DNA of 64,000 nucleotides, taken from contig UQNF01000001.1 of assembly GCA_900542285.1 (NCBI GenBank), forward strand, positions 8,663-72,662, in the 5' to 3' direction. This DNA is from an uncultured Clostridium sp. GTDB lineage: Bacteria > Bacillota > Clostridia > Christensenellales > CAG-138. Position 1 is the first letter of the stretch, and each line of letters opens with the position of its first letter. The notes under the pieces are model-generated. The model did no database searches, had not been told where the DNA came from, and saw nothing but the letters and a program-made list of their open reading frames with translations. The position numbers and the translations under genes were made by a program. Positions 37,943 through 47,539 of the stretch are shown in pieces.

Positions 37943-39394
37943 TCATTCCTCGGTAAGCTCAATGAAGCTTTTGTCTATACCGAGGGCATAGCAGATGGTG
38001 AGCGCCTCGCGGGGAGGATTCGCATCATTTGGAAGCTCAAATATGCCATAGTCCATGAACTCTTCAAGCACCCGGGTTCGATTCCTACCGCCTCCGGCAA
38101 GCGCGGCTCTAAGCTTTTCGGTGTCCGCATTTCTCAGCCCCATCACCTGGTAGTGTTTATCTGCAAGCCTTGCCACGTCATCAAAATGCGTGGTAATAAA
38201 CGCAAAGGTTTTCTCGCGAACGCTGAAATATTTTACTGCCGCGCGCACAAGTGCAGCTCCCTCGTGCGGATTGGTTCCCCTTGCGAATTCATCAAGAAGC
38301 ACCAGCGAAAAGCCATTTGGTTCCTTCGTAATGATATCGTTAAGCGCCGTCATCTCGCCGCCAAAGCTCGACAGGCCGGACATGGCGTCCTCCCTATCCT
38401 CCGAAAGAAGGTCGATATCCGAAATAAGCGGAAGGCTTGCGGCTCTCGCAAAAACGGCAATTCCGGCCATTGCAAGGCTACAGTTGAGCGCAAGCGTCTT
38501 AACGGTCACGGACTTACCGCCCATATTGGCTCCGGTCAGCACCGTTGACCCCATGCACAGCTCAACGCTTATCGGGGTAAACTCACCGTTGCGTTCACGA
38601 AGGGCGGCGGCAACCATCGGATTGGTCATCTCGCTCATGCGTATATGCCCCGCATTTTCACAAATGTTTGGTATGGCGCAGCCGTATTTTACCGCTAAAC
38701 GAGCCTTAGCCATTGCATAATCGAGCTTTGCGATCGATGAAACGACCTCCATTATCGCTCCTGCATAAGCCGAAAGCGCCTTCGTCATCTGCGCTCTTAC
38801 GGCGAACTCCTCATTCTCTTCACGAGCGGCCAGCAGCGTCAACTCTGCACTCAGCCTATCCCTGTCGGTCTTATCGGCCTTTTTGATCTCCAAGTCCAGT
38901 CTATGACGTTCTCTCCTGATTCTTGCAAGCTCTTGCGAAGTCCTGTCGCTGACACGGAATGTCATGGCGCGCATACCGTCGGGGTCGATTATATCGAGAG
39001 CTTCCGGAAAGCTCCTTATATAGATGCCAATCGGTTTATTGTCCTTGCAAAGCTCATTATAGGCTTCATTGAGCCTATCAAGAAGCAGCAGAAAGCGTTT
39101 GATCTCGAACAGTTCAACATCCGAAAGGGTGAACATCGCGGAACGTTCTATACTCTTTCTGACATTCTTAAACTGCATCAAAGCTCTTTCGGTCTTTTCA
39201 AAAGCGGCTCTATGCTCAACAAGCAGCTTCATGAGAGTATCTATCCTTGAAAACTCGTCATCAAGCTCTTCCCTTTCGGAGACCGAATAGAAATGAGGCT
39301 TTCTTGCAAGCTCCGCGCCGTATGGAGAGCAGGGTTCAAGCAGTGAAAGGACATATGAAAAGCCTATCGAGTTCAATTGATTTCCGTTCAGCAA
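37943..39394 (-). CDS. MutS-domain-V-like ABC ATPase (no mismatch-binding domain, no Smr domain)
   Basis: Walker A LTGANMGGKSVTVKTLA and Walker B VLLDEFARGTNPHEG. 483 aa. The start overlaps the upstream gene's stop by 7 nt. Confidence 0.75.
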   Translation of the reverse strand: MLNGNQLNSIGFSYVLSLLEPCSPYGAELARKPHFYSVSEREELDDEFSRIDTLMKLLVEHRAAFEKTERALMQFKNVRKSIERSAMFTLSDVELFEIKRFLLLLDRLNEAYNELCKDNKPIGIYIRSFPEALDIIDPDGMRAMTFRVSDRTSQELARIRRERHRLDLEIKKADKTDRDRLSAELTLLAAREENEEFAVRAQMTKALSAYAGAIMEVVSSIAKLDYAMAKARLAVKYGCAIPNICENAGHIRMSEMTNPMVAAALRERNGEFTPISVELCMGSTVLTGANMGGKSVTVKTLALNCSLAMAGIAVFARAASLPLISDIDLLSEDREDAMSGLSSFGGEMTALNDIITKEPNGFSLVLLDEFARGTNPHEGAALVRAAVKYFSVREKTFAFITTHFDDVARLADKHYQVMGLRNADTEKLRAALAGGGRNRTRVLEEFMDYGIFELPNDANPPREALTICYALGIDKSFIELTEE

Positions 39395-40389
39395 TTTTCA
39401 TCCTCCATAATGTTAATAACCTCAATGCCGCAAGGAATGCGTCTGCGAACCTCATCAAAAAAAGCTTCCTTATTATAGTGCAGGCCGTATGCGGAAAACG
39501 GATTCACCGTTACTGCCAGCAGCTTCGTCCTTTCCAGTACGGTGAAATGCGCACCGGCAAGCAGGAGCTTTTGATACTTTGCTCCGGACAATAGAAGTCT
39601 GCTGCTGTCCTCGACAACTATCTCAGTCTCAGCCCCGAATCTTCCACCTGCAAGCAGTGTCGAAGCCATGCTGTCGGTGACCGCTCCGCGAATAAGCAGG
39701 GACTTTGCCCGAGTCTTTCTAAGCTCGTCCACGGCAAGTGCAAGCTCATCCTCCCCTGCTGCGTTATCTCCGCTTCCAATCACGAATTTAGAGGTGTGCA
39801 TGGAAAAATCCAGCTTGGTTTGCTCAAGGTTCATTATTTCCGCGCAATATGCGGTATCCTGCACGGTCTTGTCCATATCGGGCGAATAGCTTGCGCCGCT
39901 GCATAGTATCGCAGCATCGCTCAATGACGGCATTGAAAGAGATTTCCTGCTGAGCGCTCCGTCCAGGAATACATGCTTTGCTCCAAATGAGAACAGCTCG
40001 TCCCGAATGCTTTTAAGCTGAGCCGTCATGGACGGGCCTGCAAGCTGTACATAGCCGTCGCTCATCGCGCGCAGAAGAACAACATTCCCCATTGGCGTAC
40101 TCATATCCGTAACATCGAGTATCTCCCTTGAAACCGTACCAAGCTCGACCGCCTGTGCCGCCGTAGCGAAAAGCGTGCCGTTTTGAACGAATATTTCGGG
40201 CTTTTTCGTATTTGTGACAAGATCGCTTCTCTCACCGTCACGGCCTATGGAGGTCAACCCGATAAGTTCATCCGCTGCGTTGAATGCACGAATCAAACCG
40301 TTTAAGACCGTCGTCTTTCCGGCATTCTTGCACATCCCTATCACGGCTGCCGAGCCATATGGTTTTACCAGATCGTACAGCAAGCACAT
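39388..40389 (-). CDS. hypothetical P-loop protein translationally coupled to the MutS-like ATPase
   Basis: N-terminal AAVIGMCKNAGKTTVLNGL (GxxxxGKT-type P-loop). 333 aa. I cannot assign a family from sequence alone. Confidence 0.6.
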   Translation of the reverse strand: MCLLYDLVKPYGSAAVIGMCKNAGKTTVLNGLIRAFNAADELIGLTSIGRDGERSDLVTNTKKPEIFVQNGTLFATAAQAVELGTVSREILDVTDMSTPMGNVVLLRAMSDGYVQLAGPSMTAQLKSIRDELFSFGAKHVFLDGALSRKSLSMPSLSDAAILCSGASYSPDMDKTVQDTAYCAEIMNLEQTKLDFSMHTSKFVIGSGDNAAGEDELALAVDELRKTRAKSLLIRGAVTDSMASTLLAGGRFGAETEIVVEDSSRLLLSGAKYQKLLLAGAHFTVLERTKLLAVTVNPFSAYGLHYNKEAFFDEVRRRIPCGIEVINIMEDENC

Positions 40390-40488
40390 ACCTCCACTAT
40401 TAAATTATAGCATATCGGATTGAGTTTGTACAATTCTTTTTGAAAACTATTATTGGCGAAATCGATATGAAGGAGGAACAATACGCAA

Positions 40489-42810
40489 TCATTGTCCCCC
40501 CATTATCACATACATACATCTTGAAGGCTCGCTTTCGATGTTCCTGCCGTTTTCCGCCATGTTGGGGTGGATCTTTGTTATGTAGTATTCATAGCTGCTT
40601 CCCAAAAGCGCGCTAACATCCCTGTATTCGACCGGACCGCTGCATCCGCTCAGCGTTGCTATGCGAATCACATATCCTGATCGATCGCGCCTATATATGG
40701 CGTATGACAGCCTCGCATCATCGGAGGTAAAGGTTATTACCGGCTTACCCGTGACATCAAAATACCACCCCACCTGTTCGGGCGCCGAAGGGTACTGCCA
40801 GAATGGGTTTTCATGCATGGGTGCGGTGCATAGCGTGAATACCTCGTTCATCACCTGCTCCTCCGGCATATATTCCGTTGCCAAAAAGAGTTCGCCTTCC
40901 TCCATAGAGTTCTTATCAAGGCTGACTTCTATTACACCATCGGGTATCGTGAAGTCGGAGTTGCCGCCGTCATATATGGCGGAAAGCAGTTCCGCGATCA
41001 CGACGCATGAGCTGCTGCCGCCGGTTGTGCCGCTTGGCAGCGCGCCAAGCGAAGCATTGTCCATCCCCATCCACATTACTATGGTGTATTCGGAAGTATA
41101 CGCTGCAGTCCATGCGTCCCTAACATTTCCGTTTGAATCGAGGTTTGTTCCTGTCTTGGCTGCGACATGCAGTCCTGTCTCGCCCAAACGCTTTGCGGTT
41201 CCGTTTTCCGCTGCAGAACTCAGCATATCTGTGAGAATGTATGCGTTCGCTTCGCTCATCACCCTTTCCGCCTTTGCTTCATGAGCATAGAGCGTTTCTC
41301 CATCACGCTCGATCCTTGATACGGAATACGGTGCTATGTACTCACCGCCCGATGCAAACGTATTATATGCGCCTGCCATTTCGAGCGGCGAAACGCCGTA
41401 GGTAAAACCTCCGAGGGCAAGGGCAAGGGAGATGCATTCATCGTCAAAGGAGATACCGAGCCGCTCTGAAAATGCGACTCCCGTTCCGAGTCCGATTGAA
41501 TCCAGCATTTCGACGGCAGGAATATTCAGCGATTCCTCAATCGCGCGGCGGACGCTGACCTTTCCGCAATAGACATCTCCTGCGTTTCTCGGGGAATATC
41601 CGTCAAAGTCCATCGGTTCGTCATCGAGCATGGTTGCGGCAGTCACGCCGCAATACTCCATTGCCGGGGCATAGCATATGATAGGCTTCATCAGCGAACC
41701 GGGCTGGCGCTCCATCTCCGAAGCACGATTAAAGCAGCCGGAGCTATACTCCCTTCCGCCGACCATTACCGCAATGCTGCCATCCACTCTCAGCGCTGCC
41801 AATGCGCCCTCGGAGTTCTCCGAGCCTTCCGGATACCCTTCCGAATGTTTTACGAGCTGTTCCGCCTCTTCGTTAATATCAGTTGCCAGAGTTGTGTAGA
41901 CCTGATAGCCGCCGCAGAGCAGCTCATTTCGGTCAACCTCGAGATACCGGCAGCATTCGTCAATAGCATAGTCGATAAAGTAATTCTCCGCCTTGACCAT
42001 ATTGTTAGTGAGAACGCATTCCTCGTTGATTGCGGAGTTATACTCTTCCTCCGTGATCCTGCCGTAATCCAGCATAAGCTTCAGCACCGTATCACGCCTC
42101 CCAACGGACTTTTCCATATTGAGATGCGGGGCGTACCTTGACGGCGCTTTTACTATTCCTGCCAGCTGCGCAGCCTGCGCAATGCTGAGCTCGCTTGCGC
42201 TGACTCCGAAATATCCCCTTGACGCAGTCTCTATTCCGTAGAATCCGCCTCCGAAGTATACATAGTTCATGTACATCTCCAATATTTCGTCCTTAGAGAA
42301 TCGGTGCTCCATACAGATGGAAAGGTATGCCTCCTCCACCTTTCGTTCAAAGGTTTTGTCCGGCGAAAGGTGACTGAGCTTTATCAGCTGCTGCCCTATC
42401 GTTGAAGCACCCTGAACTTTTCCCCCCGCCTTGATGTCCGCAAGCGCAGCGCCGCCGATTCGAATGATATCGATACCGCTGTGCTCATAAAACCTGGCAT
42501 CCTCTGCCGATGTGAAGGCGTATTTGACATACTCCGGCAGGCTCTCGATCTCTATCGGAATGCGGTTGTCCGAGGAGTGCATAATTGAGATCTCATTACC
42601 CTCTGCATCAAAAAAAACCGTACTGCGCGCCGCGCCGGTTATGAGATCGGGATCAAATGTATGCCATTCGTCTACCTTGAAATAAACTGCAAACAGTATC
42701 ACACCCGCCACAATCGATCCTGCGGATAGAATCAGCAGGACGCGGAATGCAGTTTTCAATTTGGACGGTCTTTTCTTTCTTCCTTCTTCGCCGGTTGTCT
42801 TTTTCTTCAT
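40489..42810 (-). CDS. bifunctional class A penicillin-binding protein (transglycosylase/transpeptidase)
   Basis: TM anchor. GT51 motifs EDARFYEHSGID and GASTIGQQL. Transpeptidase motifs SLMK (SxxK) and KTGT. Confidence 0.9.
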   Translation of the reverse strand: MKKKTTGEEGRKKRPSKLKTAFRVLLILSAGSIVAGVILFAVYFKVDEWHTFDPDLITGAARSTVFFDAEGNEISIMHSSDNRIPIEIESLPEYVKYAFTSAEDARFYEHSGIDIIRIGGAALADIKAGGKVQGASTIGQQLIKLSHLSPDKTFERKVEEAYLSICMEHRFSKDEILEMYMNYVYFGGGFYGIETASRGYFGVSASELSIAQAAQLAGIVKAPSRYAPHLNMEKSVGRRDTVLKLMLDYGRITEEEYNSAINEECVLTNNMVKAENYFIDYAIDECCRYLEVDRNELLCGGYQVYTTLATDINEEAEQLVKHSEGYPEGSENSEGALAALRVDGSIAVMVGGREYSSGCFNRASEMERQPGSLMKPIICYAPAMEYCGVTAATMLDDEPMDFDGYSPRNAGDVYCGKVSVRRAIEESLNIPAVEMLDSIGLGTGVAFSERLGISFDDECISLALALGGFTYGVSPLEMAGAYNTFASGGEYIAPYSVSRIERDGETLYAHEAKAERVMSEANAYILTDMLSSAAENGTAKRLGETGLHVAAKTGTNLDSNGNVRDAWTAAYTSEYTIVMWMGMDNASLGALPSGTTGGSSSCVVIAELLSAIYDGGNSDFTIPDGVIEVSLDKNSMEEGELFLATEYMPEEQVMNEVFTLCTAPMHENPFWQYPSAPEQVGWYFDVTGKPVITFTSDDARLSYAIYRRDRSGYVIRIATLSGCSGPVEYRDVSALLGSSYEYYITKIHPNMAENGRNIESEPSRCMYVIMGGQ

Positions 42811-42902
42811 TTCATCGCTCCGAGCATCGAATTCTTGGTGTAGTTTTTGTTGAAGCGATGTGATTTATGTATTATTTGATCATTAATTAATCTTTTATCG
42901 CT

Positions 42903-43316
42903 CTATAATACCATGAACATCGTGCCGACGGTGATAAGAGCCGAGCCCACGGCAGACTTCCACGTGAACTTGTCGTGGAGGAACACAAACGCCAGGATCA
43001 GCGTGATAACTACGCTGAGCTTATCTATCGGCACGACTTTGCTGACATCTCCGACCTGTATAGCCTTATAATAGCACAGCCACGAAACCCCGGTCGCGAT
43101 ACCCGAGAGAATTAAGAATAGCCAGCTTTTCTTGCTTATAGTAGATATACCTCCCTGAGCATCGGTAATGAAAACCATTCCCCATGCCATTATCAGCACT
43201 ACAACGGTGCGAAGCGCAGTTGCAAGATTTGAATTAACTCCGTCGATGCCGACTTTGGCGAGAATGCTCGTCAATGCGGCAAAGACTGCGGACAGGATAG
43301 CATAAACAACCCACAT
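42903..43316 (-). CDS. EamA-like small DMT-superfamily membrane protein
   Basis: 137 aa with 4-5 TM segments. MWVVYAILSAVFAALTSILAKVGI is an EamA half-domain pattern. Confidence 0.65.
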   Translation of the reverse strand: MWVVYAILSAVFAALTSILAKVGIDGVNSNLATALRTVVVLIMAWGMVFITDAQGGISTISKKSWLFLILSGIATGVSWLCYYKAIQVGDVSKVVPIDKLSVVITLILAFVFLHDKFTWKSAVGSALITVGTMFMVL

Positions 43317-43516
43317 ATCCGGATACCTCCTATAATGTTCCGCATGATTATACCGCTGTTGATGTGGTTTTGCCAGAGCAATTATCCGATATATTATGCT
43401 TTCGTGTCATACGATTATATTGTTTATGGGGTTAAATCACCATTGCTTTTTGGAGAGAATACTGCTATACTTCATTCCCGAAAATTTAATTTATTCAAAC
43501 TGCTAAAGGAGATAAT

Positions 43517-44779
43517 ATGGACGCTTCAAAGATGAATTACGATGAACTATTAGAGTTTGCTCTCAGTCTTGCCGTAAAGATTCAGCAGAGCGGTGCCGAA
43601 ACCTACCGTGTTGAGGAAACCATCACAAGGCTGTTGTCGGCTTACGGTATTGAAGCGGACGCAAGCGTCATTCCGAACTGCATCACCGTATCCTGCAAGA
43701 CCCCGGACGGTAAAAATATTTCCACGCTGCGCCGTGTCAGGAGCTGCGATACCCAGCTCGATGCCATAGAAAGATACAGTGCGCTATCAAGAAAGCTCTG
43801 CACGGAGAAGCCGGATCTTGATGAAGCTTGGGCATTACTAAAAAGCACGACTGCCAATGTAAGGCATTATAATGCCTGGATCATTTTCCTCGGCTATTTT
43901 CTCGTTGCATTCGGCTTTGCTTTCTTTTTTAGGGGAACCTTCTTCGATGCGATAGTTGCCGGGTTCTGCGGCCTTGCGACAGGTTTTAGTTTGAAACTGA
44001 TGGGAAATCTTCATGCCAATCCCTTTTTCAGCACGCTGGTTTCGGGTTTCATTCTCTCGTTCTTTGCGCATTGCTTCGGGCATCTTGGCCTATGCGACAA
44101 TGTCGATGCCGTCAGTATCGGTGCGCTGATGATTCTGGTTCCTGGTTTTCTGTTCACCAACAGCCTTCGCGACATCATTTACGGCGACACCATGTCGGGT
44201 GTTAACAGGCTTGTTCAGGTGCTCATCATCGCCGTTGCCCTTGTGGTCGGAACGAGCGCAGCGGTTAGCTTTGCCACCGTTTTATTCGGAGGCATAGAAA
44301 GCGGAGCGTATCTCGTCACCTACTCGCTGCCGATACAGTGTATCGCCGGAATGATTGGTACGCTCGGCTTCTGCCTTTGGTTCAATATTCACGGTCATGG
44401 GCTGCTGCTGTGCCTTCTGGGCAGCATTATCTCGTGGCTGGTGTACAGCCTGTGCGCTCACTTCAATATGAATCTATACGGATGCTACTTCATCGCTGCC
44501 GCAGTCGTATCACTTTATGCTGAGATAATGGCAAGAATACGCAAGTATCCGGCAACGAGCTACCTGCTCGCTTCGCTGGTACCGCTCATTCCCGGCGCCG
44601 GAGTGTACTATACCATGAGTGCTATCGCAAGAAGCGACATGGCAACATTCTCCCAAAAGGGCGTTGAAACCGCTGCAATAGCAGGAAGCATAGCTATCGG
44701 CATCCTGCTGGTATCCTCCTCCTTCCGTATGCTCAGCGTGTATAAGCAGCGCAGGGCATGCAAGAAAGCGTCAAAGTAG
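43517..44779 (+). CDS. threonine/serine exporter family protein (ThrE N- and C-terminal domains fused)
   Basis: QQSGAETYRVEETITRLLSAYGIE (DUF1212/ThrE N-domain) followed by about 10 TM segments. Confidence 0.75.
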   Translation: MDASKMNYDELLEFALSLAVKIQQSGAETYRVEETITRLLSAYGIEADASVIPNCITVSCKTPDGKNISTLRRVRSCDTQLDAIERYSALSRKLCTEKPDLDEAWALLKSTTANVRHYNAWIIFLGYFLVAFGFAFFFRGTFFDAIVAGFCGLATGFSLKLMGNLHANPFFSTLVSGFILSFFAHCFGHLGLCDNVDAVSIGALMILVPGFLFTNSLRDIIYGDTMSGVNRLVQVLIIAVALVVGTSAAVSFATVLFGGIESGAYLVTYSLPIQCIAGMIGTLGFCLWFNIHGHGLLLCLLGSIISWLVYSLCAHFNMNLYGCYFIAAAVVSLYAEIMARIRKYPATSYLLASLVPLIPGAGVYYTMSAIARSDMATFSQKGVETAAIAGSIAIGILLVSSSFRMLSVYKQRRACKKASK

Positions 44780-44810
44780 AAAAGCTGCACAGCAAAAGCA
44801 TATTCAATCA

Positions 44811-44845
44811 AAAGGGATGCTGCCTAAAACGGAGCATCCCTTTTT
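44811..44845. terminator. bidirectional terminator
   Basis: AAAGGGATGCT-loop-AGCATCCCTTT with T run. It lies between convergent thrE and the RluA-family gene. Confidence 0.75.
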
Positions 44846-44852
44846 GTTGGTT

Positions 44853-45725
44853 TTATTGAGTGATCAGCTTAAGCATATCCTCCGGAAGCTCGCAGGACAG
44901 CGTAATCCTCTCGTTGGTCAGCGGATGAACGAAGCTCAGTTTTTCGGAATGCAGTGCAGGCCTGTCGATAAGCTCGGGTTCTTCCTTTCCGTAAAGCCAA
45001 TCGCCGCACAGCGGATGTCCTCTCGCCGCCATGTGCAGGCGTATCTGGTGCGTTCTCCCGGTTTCCGGAACGCATCGAACAAGAGAAAGCTCTCCGGCTT
45101 CCCCTATCACTTCAAATCCTGTCAATGCCCTTGCTCCGTCAGCTCTCACTTCTCGCTTTATTGCAGAGCCGTCCGCCCTGCCAATGGGGAGGTCGATAGT
45201 TCCGGCTTTTTCTTTCAGCTTTCCATGAACGACCGCAAGATACTCCCTAAAGAATCCATCGGTATGAAGCTTATCGCTCAACCGCTGATGCATATAGCCG
45301 TTCTTTGCAATGGTCATTATTCCGGTCGTTCCCCTGTCGAGGCGGCTTACAGGATGATACATCAGTTTGTTTCCGTAATAAGCTGTGACCCTGCTTTCAA
45401 TCGATTCCACCTCATCATCATATCTTGAGCCATGCGCCGCTGCGCCAGAGGGCTTATCAATAATAAGTATGTCCTCATCTTCAAACAGTATCGGGTATGG
45501 AAGCTCGCCTTGGCATGATGGCGATGCTCCTATAACCACGCTGAGTATCTGTCCGCATCGTACCTGCGCATTGGTTCGAATGCCCTCTCCGTCTAAGCAA
45601 ATGCCGTTCTCGATCTGCTTCAGTTTAGCAATAAGGCTTGATGACAGCATAAGCTCCCTTGTCAGCACCGTCTTAACGCTGCATCCGTCATACTTACTTC
45701 CTATCTCATACTTCAATGTTCGCAT
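44853..45725 (-). CDS. RluA family pseudouridine synthase
   Basis: VSRLDRGTTGIMTIA (catalytic Asp motif), GRTHQIRLHMA. Confidence 0.85.
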   Translation of the reverse strand: MRTLKYEIGSKYDGCSVKTVLTRELMLSSSLIAKLKQIENGICLDGEGIRTNAQVRCGQILSVVIGASPSCQGELPYPILFEDEDILIIDKPSGAAAHGSRYDDEVESIESRVTAYYGNKLMYHPVSRLDRGTTGIMTIAKNGYMHQRLSDKLHTDGFFREYLAVVHGKLKEKAGTIDLPIGRADGSAIKREVRADGARALTGFEVIGEAGELSLVRCVPETGRTHQIRLHMAARGHPLCGDWLYGKEEPELIDRPALHSEKLSFVHPLTNERITLSCELPEDMLKLITQ

Positions 45726-45829
45726 TTTCTGTTTGCACCCTTTATTTTTTCCGATATTAATGATACAATTAAATCATTAAACAGGCAAGCGTTATTTGCC
45801 CAAATAATTAAAGGGAACGGAGGTAACCT

Positions 45830-46861
45830 ATGCAAAAGCTCATGACCCACGGCGAACTTCTCGGAGATGACGGCGCCCTGATAGAATCCGGATACGCGAC
45901 ATCGCTTGTAAGAGAATACCGCCGCAGTGCGATAAAGGCTTCCACTCTCCGCATAAAGGAGTGGGATTACTACCTAATCTACAACGGAAGCTTTGGCGTC
46001 GCACTTACGATTGCAGATAATGCTTACATGAGCATGCTCAGCGTAAGCGTCATCGATTTCAATGCTCCCAATGAAACGACCGCGAGCGTTATGGGAGCCT
46101 TCCCAATGGGCAGGGTCCATCTTCCCGAAACATCAAAGGAGGGAAGCTCTAAGCTCAGGATAGGAAAATCCGAATTCGCCTATTTTGTCGGTAATGGCAA
46201 GCGTCGACTTATCTGTCACATGGATAAGTTCGCCGACCGGAAGCCCTTCGACTGCGATATTACGCTCTCGAACGAGCCGCAGGACAGCATGGTGATCGCT
46301 ACCCCATTCAAAAACAAGCCCACTTCGTTCTATTACAATCAAAAGATAGTGGGCATGAGAGCCGAAGGAATCATTCGCTTTTCCGGGCGCAGCCTAAAAT
46401 TCAAGCCTGATGACAGCTTTGGGCTTCTCGACTGGGGACGAGGAGTGTGGACATATGATAACACTTGGTATTGGGGAGCGGCGCATGGCATCGTCGACGG
46501 CAGGGTCATCGGCTTCAATATCGGATGCGGCTTTGGCGACACATCAAACGCAACTGAAAACATGCTGTTTGCAGATGGTTATGCCCATAAGATAGATGAT
46601 GTTGCCTTCAACATACCAAAGACAGCCGACGGTAATGACGATTACATGTCGCCATGGACATTTACCTCTTCCGATAATCGTTTTGAGATGCGCTTTGAAC
46701 CCATCATTGACCGCAAGGCTATAATCAATGCACTCGTAATCGAGAGCCGCCAGCACCAGGTTTTCGGGCGATTCAGCGGCAGAATGAGGCTGAACGACGG
46801 CAGCGTAATTGAAATCAGGGACTTTTTGGGCTTTGCCGAAAAGGTTCGCAACAGATGGTGA
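45830..46861 (+). CDS. DUF2804-like protein
   Basis: 343 aa. WDYYLIYNG...DWGRGVWTYDNTWYWGAAHG resembles DUF2804 as I recall it. No catalytic assignment. Confidence 0.55.
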   Translation: MQKLMTHGELLGDDGALIESGYATSLVREYRRSAIKASTLRIKEWDYYLIYNGSFGVALTIADNAYMSMLSVSVIDFNAPNETTASVMGAFPMGRVHLPETSKEGSSKLRIGKSEFAYFVGNGKRRLICHMDKFADRKPFDCDITLSNEPQDSMVIATPFKNKPTSFYYNQKIVGMRAEGIIRFSGRSLKFKPDDSFGLLDWGRGVWTYDNTWYWGAAHGIVDGRVIGFNIGCGFGDTSNATENMLFADGYAHKIDDVAFNIPKTADGNDDYMSPWTFTSSDNRFEMRFEPIIDRKAIINALVIESRQHQVFGRFSGRMRLNDGSVIEIRDFLGFAEKVRNRW

Positions 46862-46919
46862 ACCTGGCGAAAGGCTGTTGGATGAGCTAAAATATAAATT
46901 ATTTTTCCTGAATCAACTA

Positions 46920-46948
46920 TTGACAAAGCCGGAACGGTGGTGTACAAT
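46920..46948 (+). promoter_or_regulatory. sigma-A promoter of tRNA-Arg(ACG)
   Basis: TTGACA (46920-46925), 17 nt, TACAAT (46943-46948). The tRNA starts 22 nt downstream. Confidence 0.6.
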
Positions 46949-46970
46949 AGCTCCTGCATTCGACAGATGT

Positions 46971-47046
46971 GCGCCCATAGCTCAGCGGATAGAGTGCCCG
47001 GCTACGAACCGGTAGGTCGCAGGTTCAAATCCTGCTGGGCGCGCCA
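46971..47046 (+). tRNA. tRNA-Arg (anticodon ACG), CCA encoded
   Basis: Acceptor GCGCCCA/UGGGCGC, anticodon loop CUACGAA, T arm GCAGG-UUCAAAU-CCUGC, then GCCA. Confidence 0.9.
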
Positions 47047-47050
47047 TACT

Positions 47051-47086
47051 GACCCTTCTTGTTTTTCAGGAAGGGTTATGTTTTTA
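47051..47086 (+). terminator. rho-independent terminator after tRNA-Arg(ACG)
   Basis: ACCCTTC...GAAGGGT stem followed by TATGTTTTT. Confidence 0.55.
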
Positions 47087-47115
47087 TCCGGTTATCCATA
47101 TTTTCGGGAGGCAGT

Positions 47116-47409
47116 ATGCTAAATCTGTATGTCATCTATACGACAAAGCCATCTATGCGGCAGGAGTTTCTGAATGCCCTTCACGACAGCGGGATCCTTG
47201 AAATTATCCGAAATGAAGAGGGCTGCATGATGTACGAATTGTTTTTATCAGACAGCAACGAAAATGAGCTGCTTCTCATTGAGCGATGGACGGAGCCCGC
47301 TTATCAGCAAATGCATATGCAGCAGGAGCATATGAAAAGGTTCAGGGAAATCAAAAATCGCTTCGTTGACGCTTCTGTTCTCGGCAGATATGAAGATATT
47401 TCCGAGTAA
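47116..47409 (+). CDS. antibiotic biosynthesis monooxygenase (ABM) domain protein
   Basis: 97 aa from the ATG at 47116, behind GGGAGG. Ferredoxin-like ABM pattern ...LLLIERWTEPAYQQMHMQQEHMKRF. Confidence 0.65.
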   Translation: MLNLYVIYTTKPSMRQEFLNALHDSGILEIIRNEEGCMMYELFLSDSNENELLLIERWTEPAYQQMHMQQEHMKRFREIKNRFVDASVLGRYEDISE

Positions 47410-47539
47410 ACCGTTATAAATTTTGTCTTTTTCCTTCGGTTTTTTCTTTTTCGCCGCAAAGCCTATTGAAAAAACAGACATAAATCTGATATAATACCCT
47501 TGTTTATCGAGAGCAAATGCTCCTAATAAGAAAGGAACC

